Shown here one piece after another: positions 49,301-57,778 of a DNA stretch of 64,000 nt. The position numbers and the translations under genes are program-made. Source of the stretch: an uncultured Acidobacteriota bacterium (GTDB lineage Bacteria > Acidobacteriota > Vicinamibacteria > Fen-336); assembly GCA_963720545.1 (NCBI GenBank), contig OY970399.1:1248001-1312000 (forward strand), in the 5' to 3' direction. Under the pieces are notes generated by a model, which saw nothing but the letters and a program-made list of their open reading frames with translations, had not been told where the DNA came from and did no database searches. Each line of letters opens with the position of its first letter. The first letter of the stretch is position 1.

Positions 49301-49627
49301 GTTGAGGGTGGCATTGACGGCCAGGCGGTCGCTCACGTGCAGCACCACGCCGCGGCGCGCTAGCGTCTCGAAGCCGCTCAGCGAGAACTCGAGGTCGTAG
49401 GTGCCCACCGGCAGGACCGGTGCCGCGTACGAGCCCGAAGTCGTGGTGGTGAAGGTGGCGGTGAACCCCGTGTTCACGTTCCTGATCGTTACGGTGACCC
49501 CGGGGAGGACCGCGCCCGTCTGGTCGGTCACCGAGCCCGTGAAAGTGCCCGTGGTTTCCTGGGCGGATGCGAGGCCCGCCGCTCCCATCAAAACCAGGAC
49601 GGCGCACATGTTTCTCGCGAATTTCAC
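46379..49627 (-). CDS. Oar-type TonB-dependent receptor
   Basis: FTGSVTDQTGAVLPGVTV, LPLNNRNF, TKSGTNQFKG, GLRYS, QPRFG, C-terminal QLSLKLFFN; GAGGAGG RBS. Confidence 0.93.
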   Translation of the reverse strand: MKFARNMCAVLVLMGAAGLASAQETTGTFTGSVTDQTGAVLPGVTVTIRNVNTGFTATFTTTTSGSYAAPVLPVGTYDLEFSLSGFETLARRGVVLHVSDRLAVNATLNAGGVSEAIEVTAGGELIQQTSALQSLMGAKQVQELPLNNRNFVQLATLVPGVSSDLGDEVGIGLTSTVSVSINGARRNAVNWLVDGVSNVDVGSNITLLATPTVDSIEEFKILTSSYAAEWQRSGGGVVNLVTKSGTNQFKGSLYEYYRNDSLNENSFFRKQSSDPLISQNAPALNYHNFGWTLGGPIQKDKLFFFASQEWRRIKRAASPITNVPQPAWLTDPTNANYVAPGDRDPNAVALLDAWPQPNNPAVPGQYVNSSPGVNNTRQEVVRLDYNINPNWRAMARYTHDLSETEDVVGGLFLATTVLVPNVASTITPVPGNIFVARLTGNLGQNTVNEVSYQFSSNAITSRSTDAARGRRADYGLDIPEVFAGNDGDRIPFVRITGLSTIGANQAIGIKYRNHTFADDLTVLRGNHTFKFGGLVSFESKDENAANLTQGDFTFGAGGGRTAFQNFLRGNSDGLCGAACFYSEAEIDITNHLHFRRYEGYAQDSWRVTPKVTIDAGLRYSVYPGVIDTNDVMTSFAPSLYNPANAPTFSSTAGTAIIVGTGDPLNGIVVAGRNAPGGRRLYKADKGNVQPRFGLTFDPKGDGKSLFRAGFGIYYDQVLVGIFEQNAFTNPPFASTRAFQNTQLSSPAAGITPTTTGVRNLIATGEDFQTPRFMQWNVGMSRQLYSRGVIDVSYVGSKGDFLVQPVDINQPQPADVVRLGSVNLARPFLGYGSINNRQTTARSRYHGLLVDFRHNAGAAGTFALAYTLSQSKATASNDRDAVDLPQNPQDLDAEYALARTDRTHVFKGNWVYEIPVFRNSSGVAKALLGGWQVAGIFTRESGPPVSRIVTGNTNGARRGLRVNQLSDPFANVPAGNYYINPAAFAPPADGAYGDTGRAIFRLPGRNQWDITLSKFWNTSQKTRLQFRADFINAFNQTQFTTINNVCGAGLTDSSCAIANNTFGQFDGVRLAREIQLSLKLFFN

Positions 49628-49685
49628 TGTGCCTCCTCGAGCGGCGAATCTCCTGCGTTACGCGGAAGTTGCCTCCGCGCCACGC

Positions 49686-50690
49686 CTAAGTCAAGGGTTT
49701 GCCGAGGGCCTCGCCCTGCTGGAGGTAGCGGCCGTAAGTGGCGGGATCGATGTTGGCGCCGCAGACGATGAGCGCCACCTTCCTGCCGCGCAGCTTCTGG
49801 CGCAGCGGACCCAGGAGCGCGGCGGTGGCGGCGGCGCCGGCCGGTTCAACCGCGAGCTTGGCGGAGCGGAACAGCAAATAGAGCGCGCGCAGGATCTCGT
49901 CATCCGACACCAGCACCATCTCGTCCACGTACTTGCGGCACAAGGCGAAACTGTAGGGCTTCGCGTACGGCGCCCCGAGGCTGTCGGCGATGGTGCGCAC
50001 CGCGTCGATCGACTGCGGTTCGCCGGCGGCGAAACTGCGGTGCATGGTGTCGGCGCCCTCCGGCTCGACGCCGTACACCTTGCACGCCGGCCGCATCAGC
50101 TTCACGCCGGCCGCGACGCCGGCGCACAGACCGCCGCCGCCGACCGGCACGATGACCGCGTCGAGGTCCTGCAGCTGCTCGGACAGCTCGAGGCCGAGCG
50201 TGGCGGTGCCGAGCGCCGTCAGCGGACCCTCGAACGGATGCACAAAGGTGCGGCCCTCCTGCTCCGCGATCTCCGCGACCCGCGCGAACGCGATGTGCAC
50301 GTCCGCGACCAGCTCGACCTCGGCGCCGAGCTCGCGGCAGAGGGCGACGCGCGCGGCGTTCGCGTTCTTCGGCATCACCACCTTGGCGGTGCTGCCGAGC
50401 ACCTTCGCGGCGTAGGACACCGCGATCGCGTGGTTGCCGGCGCTCACCGCGGTGACGCCGCGCGCCAGCGCCGCGGCATCGAGCTCGAGCATCACGCTGA
50501 GCGCGCCGCGCGCCTTGAAGGTGCCGGTGCGCTGGAACAACTCCTCCTTGAGGTAGACGGTCGCGCCCGGCACCGCGGCCGCAACCTGCTCGTCATCCCA
50601 GCGGCGCACCGGGGTGGCCACGATGTAGGGGGCGATGCGGCACGCGTTGCGGCCGATCGCTGCGAGCGTGATCTCGGCGTCGCCGCTCAC
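49686..50690 (-). CDS. PLP-dependent threonine/serine dehydratase family protein
   Basis: KEELFQRTGTFKARGA, SAGNHA, VPVGGGGL, VEPAGA, CGANID. Confidence 0.92.
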   Translation of the reverse strand: MSGDAEITLAAIGRNACRIAPYIVATPVRRWDDEQVAAAVPGATVYLKEELFQRTGTFKARGALSVMLELDAAALARGVTAVSAGNHAIAVSYAAKVLGSTAKVVMPKNANAARVALCRELGAEVELVADVHIAFARVAEIAEQEGRTFVHPFEGPLTALGTATLGLELSEQLQDLDAVIVPVGGGGLCAGVAAGVKLMRPACKVYGVEPEGADTMHRSFAAGEPQSIDAVRTIADSLGAPYAKPYSFALCRKYVDEMVLVSDDEILRALYLLFRSAKLAVEPAGAAATAALLGPLRQKLRGRKVALIVCGANIDPATYGRYLQQGEALGKPLT

Positions 50691-50695
50691 GCCGT

Positions 50696-51874
50696 TCAGA
50701 AGTCCTTGTTGGTGGGACCGTCGCCGAGGAGGCCCTCGACCTGCAGCGTCTGCGGGCCGTTCTCGGTGCACACCGCGTAGTTGATCGGCTCGCGGTTGAA
50801 GGTGTTGTAGAGCGAGACGCCGGCGTAGCGGCCCTGGCGGTCCACGATGTAGAAGTTCACGTAGAAATTGGGCCGGCCGTCGGCCGCCAGCAGCCGCTTC
50901 TCGACGGTGTTGGCCTTGACGCGCTTCAGCGCCTCCATGCCGGCGTCCTTCGGGTGCATGCCGCGGCGCAGGTTCTCGACGATCAGGTAGGAGCTGAGGT
51001 TGTAGAGGTTGGCTTCGCCGCGCCCGGTGGAACCGGCGGCGCCCACGTCGCCGTCGACGTAGAGACCGGCGCCGAGGATCGGCGAGTCGCCGACGCGGCC
51101 GGGGATCTTCCAGGCCAGGCCGCTGGTGGTGGTGACGCCGCAGATCTCGCCCTTCGGGCTGATGCCGTCGCAGTTGATGGTGCCGTAGTAGTGCTGCAGG
51201 TTGACGAGCCCCTCGGCCGCCATCTCCCAGAACACCTTGCGCGAGGCGCGCTCGCGCTTCTCAGGATCGAGGTAATGCCCCGGGTCGATGCGCCGCTTCC
51301 ATTCGAGCCACAGCTTGCGCGAGTGCGGCGTGTTGAGGTCGTCCTCGACGGTGAAGCCGAAGTTGCGCGCCAGCTCGGCCGCGCCCTTGCCGACGATGAG
51401 GTGATGGTCGGTCTGGTGCAGCACCGCGCGCGCCACCAGCGAAGGGGTGCGCACGCCCTCGATGCAGGCAACACCGCCGGCGCGCTTCTTCGGCCCGTGC
51501 ATGCAGCACGAGTCGAGCTGCACGACGCCGTCGGCGTTCGGCAGGCCGCCGTAGCCGACGCTGTCGTCGAGCGGGTCGAGCTCGACGATGTTGACGCCGG
51601 CGATCAGCGCGTCGAGCACGTCCTCGCCCTTGACGATGCGCGCGAAGGCTTCCTCGACGGCGGTGCGCGGCCCGCCGTTCTTGAATTCGTTGCCGTTCGC
51701 GGAGGCGACCACCACCGGCGGCACGCTCTTCGGCGCGAGCACGGTGGGAGCGACGGGTGCTGTGGCCGGCGCCTTTTGCGGCGCCTGCGGCGCGGCCTGT
51801 GCAGCAGCGCCGACGGCCAGGAGCGACGCCGTGCCCTGCGAAACGAAACGCCGCCGGCTCACCTTGCTCGACAT
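50696..51874 (-). CDS. N(4)-(beta-N-acetylglucosaminyl)-L-asparaginase / isoaspartyl peptidase (Ntn hydrolase), Tat-exported
   Basis: SRRRF Tat motif; SVGYGGLPN, YGTIN (nucleophile Thr), TTTSGLAWKIPGRVGDSPILGAG, STGRGE. Confidence 0.88.
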   Translation of the reverse strand: MSSKVSRRRFVSQGTASLLAVGAAAQAAPQAPQKAPATAPVAPTVLAPKSVPPVVVASANGNEFKNGGPRTAVEEAFARIVKGEDVLDALIAGVNIVELDPLDDSVGYGGLPNADGVVQLDSCCMHGPKKRAGGVACIEGVRTPSLVARAVLHQTDHHLIVGKGAAELARNFGFTVEDDLNTPHSRKLWLEWKRRIDPGHYLDPEKRERASRKVFWEMAAEGLVNLQHYYGTINCDGISPKGEICGVTTTSGLAWKIPGRVGDSPILGAGLYVDGDVGAAGSTGRGEANLYNLSSYLIVENLRRGMHPKDAGMEALKRVKANTVEKRLLAADGRPNFYVNFYIVDRQGRYAGVSLYNTFNREPINYAVCTENGPQTLQVEGLLGDGPTNKDF

Positions 51875-51930
51875 CGTGGCTTCCTCCAGGTTCGCGTGAT
51901 CTTAAGCTCGAACCCCTTAGGATGGAGGGC

Positions 51931-52887
51931 GTGCGGAAGCTGATCCTCAGGAACTTCCAGTCGCCCGGCGACATCCTGATGCTGACCGCGGCGGTCCGCG
52001 ATTTGCACGCGGCCCATCCCGGAGAGTTCCTGGTGGACGTGCGCACCTCGTGCCCCGCGCTCTGGGAGAACAACCCGCACCTGACGCCGGTCCGCGACGA
52101 CGATCCCGCAGCCGAGACGATCGACTGCCACTACCCGCTCATCCACCGCTCGAACCAGGCTCCCTACCATTTCATCCACGGCTTCATCGAGCACCTCAAC
52201 GAGACCCTGGGGCTGCGCATCAAGCCGGCGCTCTTCAAGGGCGACATCCACATCTCGGCGGCCGAGAAGGCGTGGTTCCGGCGTGTCGAGGAGGAGAAGG
52301 GCCGGAGCACCCCTTTCTGGCTGTTCGCTTCGGGCGGCAAGTTCGACTACACGATCAAGTGGTGGGACGCGCGGCGCTACCAGGACGTGGTCGACCACTT
52401 CCGTGGGCGCATCGAGTTCGTGCAGGTCGGCGAAAGCCACCACAACCATCCGCCGATCGACGGCGCCGTCGATTTGCGCGGCGCCACCAGCCTGCGCGAG
52501 CTGGTGCGGCTCATGTATCACGCGCAGGGTGTGGTCTCCGCGGTCAGCCTGCTGATGCACCTCGCCGCCGCGGTGGAGACGCCGCCGGGCATGCCGCGCA
52601 ACCGCCCCTGCGTGGTGGTCGCCGGCGGCCGCGAGCCACCGCACTTCACCGCCTACCCGCACCATCAGTTCATCCACACCGTCGGCGCGCTGCGCTGCTG
52701 CGATGACGGCGGCTGCTGGAAGTCGCGCACGCTGCCGCTCGGCGACGGCGACCCGAAAGACCAGGAACTCTGCGTCGATCCGGTCGGCAGCCTGCCGCGC
52801 TGCATGGACATGATCACCGCGGACGAGGTGATCCGCCGCATCGAAACGTACTTTGACGGCGGCGCTCTGGCGTACCTTGTAAGGTAG
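51931..52887 (+). CDS. Atypical GT9-like (heptosyltransferase-fold) glycosyltransferase with Cys-rich C-terminus
   Basis: QSPGDILMLTAAVRDL (GT9 N-terminal GD motif), W.NNP, FVQVG, DLRGATSLRELV, LMHLAAA, then CCDDGGCW...C...CMDMITADEV; alternative ATG at 51922. Confidence 0.75.
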   Translation: MRKLILRNFQSPGDILMLTAAVRDLHAAHPGEFLVDVRTSCPALWENNPHLTPVRDDDPAAETIDCHYPLIHRSNQAPYHFIHGFIEHLNETLGLRIKPALFKGDIHISAAEKAWFRRVEEEKGRSTPFWLFASGGKFDYTIKWWDARRYQDVVDHFRGRIEFVQVGESHHNHPPIDGAVDLRGATSLRELVRLMYHAQGVVSAVSLLMHLAAAVETPPGMPRNRPCVVVAGGREPPHFTAYPHHQFIHTVGALRCCDDGGCWKSRTLPLGDGDPKDQELCVDPVGSLPRCMDMITADEVIRRIETYFDGGALAYLVR

Positions 52888-52892
52888 GGTGG

Positions 52893-53123
52893 ATGAAGAT
52901 GAGCGAGAACGAACGACGGGACTTCCTCAAGCTGCTGTGCTCGGGCGTCGCAGTCGCCAGCGCGGGCGCCTTGACAACCGGCTGCGAGGACATCACCGCG
53001 CCGCCGGAAGTTCCGGTGTCGAGCTCCAGTTCTTCGAGTTCCGGCTCGAGCAGTTCGTCCGGGTCCTCGAGTTCGAGCAGCAGCTCGGCGTCTTCGAGTT
53101 CAAGTTCCTCCAGCTCCGGCTAG
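52893..53123 (+). CDS. Small Tat-signal lipoprotein with poly-serine C-terminus
   Basis: ERRDFLK twin-arginine motif, hydrophobic core, LTTGC lipobox-like site, then EDITAPPEVPV-S8-G-S5-G-S8-A-S9-G; mixed Ser codons; starts 5 bp after the GT stop (alternative ATG 52899). Confidence 0.75.
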   Translation: MKMSENERRDFLKLLCSGVAVASAGALTTGCEDITAPPEVPVSSSSSSSSGSSSSSGSSSSSSSSASSSSSSSSSG

Positions 53124-53650
53124 GGCACCGCCCAGAGGCCCCGGAGCCAGAAGAGGACGGCCAGTGCCGGGAGCGCCAGCAGCGTGCGCCATTCCCGGTT
53201 GTGGCGCACCCGCTGCCACGAGAAGCGCGACGCGCGCGGCCCGGCCGGGCTGAGCCGCGGCACGAACATCGGCACCGCGCGCGCCCAGTCGTCGTAGGCC
53301 GCGCCAAATTTGCGGCGCAGGAATGAAGCCTCCTCGCGCACCAGGCTCGGGTAGAAGGCAGCCCCATAGATAAGGACAGCGAGCACGACCCACACGCTCG
53401 CGGCGGCAATGCCGGCGCCCACCGCCAATATCAGGCTGCCGACATAAAGAGGATTGCGGCTGTGTGCATAGGGCCCGCCGGTCGCGAGCACCTCGGTCTT
53501 CTCGATGTGCCCGGAGGCCCACAAGCGGACGAGTTCGCCGACGAGCGCCACGGCCAGGCCGGCCAACAGCGTGCGCGGCGCCGGGCGCGCCAGCACAATC
53601 GCAAGCAGGCCCACGACCCATGCCCCCGCGACCCTAAACCGGGATGGCAC
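53120..53650 (-). CDS. Isoprenylcysteine carboxyl methyltransferase / PEMT family membrane protein
   Basis: RLWASGHI, LATGGPYAHSRNPLYVGS, EEASFLRRKFGAAY..W...VPMFVPR. Confidence 0.85.
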   Translation of the reverse strand: MPSRFRVAGAWVVGLLAIVLARPAPRTLLAGLAVALVGELVRLWASGHIEKTEVLATGGPYAHSRNPLYVGSLILAVGAGIAAASVWVVLAVLIYGAAFYPSLVREEASFLRRKFGAAYDDWARAVPMFVPRLSPAGPRASRFSWQRVRHNREWRTLLALPALAVLFWLRGLWAVP

Positions 53651-54671
53651 TCGAACCCCGGGAGAGGCGCCTCGCGATCGCTTCTGCGACCGCGTCGACG
53701 GTGATCGAGGCCATCACACCCGCGTGCGCCGCGCACTCGCGGCGATAGCACGGGAAGCACGGCCGCGGCGCGGCGCTCACCACCACGTCGCGAGGGTCGA
53801 ACGGGCCGTTGCGCGCGGGGTCGGTGGGGCCGAAGATCGCCACCACCGGCGTGCCGACGGCGCAGGCGATGTGCAGCGGACCGGTGTCGGCGGCCACCAC
53901 CACGGTGGCGCGTCGCGCCAGCGCTGCGAAGTCGAGGAGCGATGTCTTGAAGCCGAGCCGGGCCGCGCCTCCAGAAGACGACACGACGCGCTCGGCGAGG
54001 TCGCGGTCGGCCGGGCCGAAGGTGACGATCGGCTGCAGCCCGCCAGGCACGGCCGCGAGGCGCGCCGCGAGCGCACCGAAGCGCTCGGCCGGCCAGATCT
54101 TGCTGAGCCAGCCGCCGCCAGGGTTGAGGATGGCGAACGGCCGCGGTGCCAACCCAAGGTTCGCGAGCCGGCGCGCCACCTCGGCGTCTCCGGCCTCGTC
54201 GGCAGGCAGCGGGAACTCACGCGAACCGATCGCATCGATGCCCACGGCGCGCAGCAGCGCGAGGTTCTTGTCGATGACGTGCACCGCCTCGGGCGGCTGC
54301 GGCAGCGTGCGCTTGAGGAGCGCCGCCGACGCCGGCTCCTTGCGCGAGCCGCGGTCGAATCCGGCGGTGGCGCAGGCGCCGCTGAGCCGCGCCCACAGCG
54401 CCGATTTCCAGAGGCCCTGGAAGTCGAGCGCCGTGTCGAAGCGTGCCGCGCGCAGCGTGTGCCGCGTGGCGAGGATGGAACGCGGGCCCATCGCCCCTGC
54501 GGCCGGCACGTCGATGACCTGCTGCAGGCCCTCCTGCCCCGCGAGCAGCCCGCGCGCCGCAGGCTCGACGATCCAGCCGAGCTCGTGACCGGCGCGGCGC
54601 AGCGCCGCGAACGCCGGCAGCGTGTGTACCACGTCGCCGATCGAGGACAGGCGCACGATGAGGGTCTTCAC
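53634..54671 (-). CDS. waaC: GT9 LPS heptosyltransferase, heptosyltransferase I-like
   Basis: IVRLSSIGDVVHTLP, DFQGLWKS, DTGPLHIA, FGPTDP; located in the LPS core operon. Confidence 0.75.
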   Translation of the reverse strand: MKTLIVRLSSIGDVVHTLPAFAALRRAGHELGWIVEPAARGLLAGQEGLQQVIDVPAAGAMGPRSILATRHTLRAARFDTALDFQGLWKSALWARLSGACATAGFDRGSRKEPASAALLKRTLPQPPEAVHVIDKNLALLRAVGIDAIGSREFPLPADEAGDAEVARRLANLGLAPRPFAILNPGGGWLSKIWPAERFGALAARLAAVPGGLQPIVTFGPADRDLAERVVSSSGGAARLGFKTSLLDFAALARRATVVVAADTGPLHIACAVGTPVVAIFGPTDPARNGPFDPRDVVVSAAPRPCFPCYRRECAAHAGVMASITVDAVAEAIARRLSRGSSAIPV

Positions 54672-55156
54672 CGCCTCAGCCGCTCGATGAGCGCGCGGGT
54701 GTCGTGGTCCTTCGCGTCGCCGACGATCGCGACGCGGCCGCCGTAGGAGCGCACCGTGTCGCGTTCCGGCACGGTGTCGACCGTGTAGTCCGTGCCCTTG
54801 CAGTGCACGTCGGGCCGCAGCGCCAGCAGCAGCCCGTTGACGTCGTCGGCATCGAACACGATCACGTGGTCGACGGCGCGCTGCGCCGCCACCAGCAGCG
54901 CCCGCTGCGCGGCCTCGACCAGCGGCCGTCCCGGCCCCTTCAGGCGGCGCACCGACTCGTCGCCGTTGACGCCCACCACCAGCACGTCGCCTTCCTGGCG
55001 CGCGCCTTCGAGATAGCGCACGTGGCCGACGTGCAGGATGTCGAAGCAGCCGTTCGCGAACGAAATGCTGCGGCCCTGCGCGCGCTCGCTCGCCACCGCG
55101 GCGGCAACGTCCGCGAGCGAGCCAATCTTGGCTTTGGCGGGGCGCACGGCACTCAC
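54668..55156 (-). CDS. rfaE2: D-glycero-beta-D-manno-heptose 1-phosphate adenylyltransferase (stand-alone HldE domain II)
   Basis: ANGCFDILHVGHVRYL, GVNGDESVRRLKGPGRP, HCKGTDY. Confidence 0.88.
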   Translation of the reverse strand: MSAVRPAKAKIGSLADVAAAVASERAQGRSISFANGCFDILHVGHVRYLEGARQEGDVLVVGVNGDESVRRLKGPGRPLVEAAQRALLVAAQRAVDHVIVFDADDVNGLLLALRPDVHCKGTDYTVDTVPERDTVRSYGGRVAIVGDAKDHDTRALIERLRR

Positions 55157-56178
55157 GAACGTAGCGCCGCCGCGATCTCGTCGCCCGAGACGGTGGCCGT
55201 GCCGCGCTTCATCACCACCACCCCGCCGGCTAGGTTCGCGAGCAGCGCCGCGTCCCGGGGCCGGGCGCCGGCGGCGAGCGCCAGGGTGAAGGCGGCGATC
55301 ACCGTGTCGCCGGCGCCGGTGACGTCCGCGACCTCGTCGGGGCCGCTCACCGGGATGTGGAAGGCGGGCACGCCGCGCTCGAAGAGCGCCATGCCGTCGC
55401 TGCCGCGGGTGATGAGCACCGCGGCGCAGCCGGTGCGGCGCAGCAGCGCGCGCCCGGCCCATTCGAGCTGACTGCGGTCGCTGCCGATGCGGATGCCGAG
55501 CGCCGCCTCAACCTCGGCCTCGTTCGGCGTGATCGCGGTCATGCCGCGAAAGGCCGTGAGACCGTGGCGCGAGTCGACGGTGACGGGAATGCGCCTGCGG
55601 CGGGCGAAGGCGACCGCGCGCCGCACCAGCGCCTCGGTGACGAAGCCGAGGCCATAGTCGCTCACCAGCACCGCGTCCACGCGGCTCCGCAGCGAGGCGA
55701 AGACGGCGTCGGCCTGCCGCCGCGCGCGATCGCGCCGCGGCAACTCCGTGGTGCGGTCGATGCGCACCACCTGCTGCTTCACGGCGTGGGCGCCGCCCGC
55801 GAGCACCCGTGTCTTCACCGGCGTCTGGTACAAGGCGGAGCGGAACACCCGGTTGGTGGCGACGCCGGCGCTGCGCAGCAGCGCGCGCAGCGCGTCGCCT
55901 TCCGTGTCGCGGCCGACGATGCCGACGCAGAGCGGTGCGCCGCCCAGCGTGCGGATGTTGTGCACCGCGTTGGCGCCGCCGCCGAGCAGCGTTTCGGTGT
56001 GCTCGTGTTCGAGGATCAGCACCGGCGCCTCGCGGCTGATGCGCTGCAGGCGGCCGTGGACGAACTGGTCGGCGACCAGGTCGGCGATCACCAGCACGCG
56101 CCGGCCGCGGAAGCGGCGGCGCAGTGCGTCGAGGCGCGCGATGTCCTCGGGCGAGCGCCCGGTCACTCGGCCGCTCAT
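55153..56178 (-). CDS. rfaE1: D-glycero-beta-D-manno-heptose-7-phosphate kinase (stand-alone HldE domain I, PfkB family)
   Basis: RISREAPV, GGGANA, KTR, SDYGLG, TPN, DVTGAGDTV, VVMKRGT. Confidence 0.88.
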   Translation of the reverse strand: MSGRVTGRSPEDIARLDALRRRFRGRRVLVIADLVADQFVHGRLQRISREAPVLILEHEHTETLLGGGANAVHNIRTLGGAPLCVGIVGRDTEGDALRALLRSAGVATNRVFRSALYQTPVKTRVLAGGAHAVKQQVVRIDRTTELPRRDRARRQADAVFASLRSRVDAVLVSDYGLGFVTEALVRRAVAFARRRRIPVTVDSRHGLTAFRGMTAITPNEAEVEAALGIRIGSDRSQLEWAGRALLRRTGCAAVLITRGSDGMALFERGVPAFHIPVSGPDEVADVTGAGDTVIAAFTLALAAGARPRDAALLANLAGGVVVMKRGTATVSGDEIAAALRS

Positions 56179-56756
56179 GCGGGCTGCGGCACCGCGGCGA
56201 GCGCCAGTTCGACCGCTTCGAGCAGGTGCTCGGCGACGATGTCCGGCTGCCGCGGCCAGCGCTCGCGCTGCCAGGTCCACTCGCCCAGGCCGTATCCCGT
56301 CTTCACGAAGGCGCCACGCGTGCCGGCGTTCCATCCCACTTGCACGTCGCTGTAGCGGTCGCCGATCATCACCGAACGGGCGAGGTCGATGCCGAGATCT
56401 TCGGCGGCGCGCCGGATCAGCCCCGGCCGCGGCTTGCGGCAGTCGCAGTTGAGCCGATATGGGGGCTCGCCCGCTGTCGGGTGGTGCAGGCAAAAGTAGA
56501 TTCCGTCGAGGTGCGCACCGCCCGCCAGCATGGTTTCGGCGAGGCGCTTGTGGACGTCGTGGATCAGCGACTCGGGAAAGTAGCCGCGCGCGACGCCGGC
56601 CTGGTTGGTGACGAGCACCGCGTACCAGCCGGCGGCGTTGATGCGGCGCACCGCGTCCACGGCGTAAGGCAGCAGGCGGAAGCGCGAGATGTGGTTGACG
56701 TAGCCGATCTCCTCGGAGACGGTGCCGTCGCGGTCGAGGAAGATTGCGGGTTTCAC
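56175..56756 (-). CDS. gmhB: D,D-heptose 1,7-bisphosphate phosphatase (HAD IIIA)
   Basis: FLDRDGT, VTNQAG, CLHHP...CDCRKP, MIGDR. Confidence 0.9.
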   Translation of the reverse strand: MKPAIFLDRDGTVSEEIGYVNHISRFRLLPYAVDAVRRINAAGWYAVLVTNQAGVARGYFPESLIHDVHKRLAETMLAGGAHLDGIYFCLHHPTAGEPPYRLNCDCRKPRPGLIRRAAEDLGIDLARSVMIGDRYSDVQVGWNAGTRGAFVKTGYGLGEWTWQRERWPRQPDIVAEHLLEAVELALAAVPQPA

Positions 56757-57778
56757 GAGACGCGCCCGGCCGCCGCCAGCACCGCGCCGACGCCGACGCG
56801 CGTCATGCAGCGGTGGTCGATGGGACAGTCGCGCAGCTTGCACGGCGAGCACGCAACCGTTTCGCGCACGATCTCGCTGCGGCCGGGCCCGAAGGGCGCC
56901 GTCTCGCGCCAGTCGGTCGGCCCGAAGATGGCGACCACCGGCGTGCCAAGCGCCGACGCCACGTGCATGGGCCCCGAGTCGTTGGTGAGAAGCAGCGAAA
57001 GCTGCGCGAGCACGCCCGTGAGTTCCTGCAGGTTGGTTTCGCCGCACAGCACTGCGGCCGGCCGGCGCATCGCCTTGCGCACCGCCTCGCCGAGCGGACG
57101 TTCGGCGGCGGCGCCGAGGATCACGGTGCGTGCGCCAAGGCGTTCGCTCGCGAGATCCGCGACCGCCGCGTAGCGCTCCGGGATCCATCGCTTGGCGGTG
57201 CCGAAGAAGGCTCCGGGGTTGAGGCCGATCCAGGGCCCATTGTCCGCTGAGGACTCCGGCCCGGCGTTGCCCAGCCTGGCGGCGCCGGCCGCGCGCCACT
57301 CGTCCGGGCACGCGAGCGACGCATCGGGCAAGGCTGTGGTGCGCAATCCGATGCCGCTCAGCATCGCGCGATAGTAGTACACCTCGCTGCGGCCCCGAAC
57401 CTCGGGACGCAGCCGCGCCCGGCGCGTCAGCAACAGCGAGCGTCCGTCGGTCGCGTAGCCCCAGCGGTGTGGAATGCCTGCGTGCGCCGCGGTGAACGCC
57501 GAGCCGAACGAATTCGGCAGGATCACCGCCGCGTCGAAGCGGCCGCGCAGGACGGCGGCATCGGCGGTGACGCCGGTGCTGGCGATGGTGCCGTCCACTT
57601 CCGCGACGGCGGCATAGAGCGGCGCCACCGGAGCGCGCGCCAGCACCGCGATGCGCGCCTGCGGGAAATTGCGCCGCAGGTCGCGCAGCGCCGGCAGCGA
57701 CAGCATCGCGTCACCGAGCCAGTTGGGCGCGCGCACCACGATTCGCTCCACCGCGGGAATGCCGCGAGCCGCTTTCAC
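56753..57778 (-). CDS. waaF: LPS heptosyltransferase II
   Basis: RAPNWLGDAMLSLP, LPNSFGSA, NPGAFFGTAKRW, NDSGPMHVA, FGPT. Confidence 0.88.
   Translation of the reverse strand: MKAARGIPAVERIVVRAPNWLGDAMLSLPALRDLRRNFPQARIAVLARAPVAPLYAAVAEVDGTIASTGVTADAAVLRGRFDAAVILPNSFGSAFTAAHAGIPHRWGYATDGRSLLLTRRARLRPEVRGRSEVYYYRAMLSGIGLRTTALPDASLACPDEWRAAGAARLGNAGPESSADNGPWIGLNPGAFFGTAKRWIPERYAAVADLASERLGARTVILGAAAERPLGEAVRKAMRRPAAVLCGETNLQELTGVLAQLSLLLTNDSGPMHVASALGTPVVAIFGPTDWRETAPFGPGRSEIVRETVACSPCKLRDCPIDHRCMTRVGVGAVLAAAGRVS

Noticed and set aside
5267..49363. Many long antisense or alternate-frame ORFs (e.g. 5267-7864, 8127-10106, 10149-12515, 38801-41137, 41926-44559, 46919-49363)
   Set aside because: They shadow well-supported genes, lack recognisable motifs and are expected from stop-codon scarcity at high GC.
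53019..53120. Poly-Ser tract as a DNA microsatellite or sequencing artefact
   Set aside because: No repeating nucleotide unit; six different Ser codons are interleaved.
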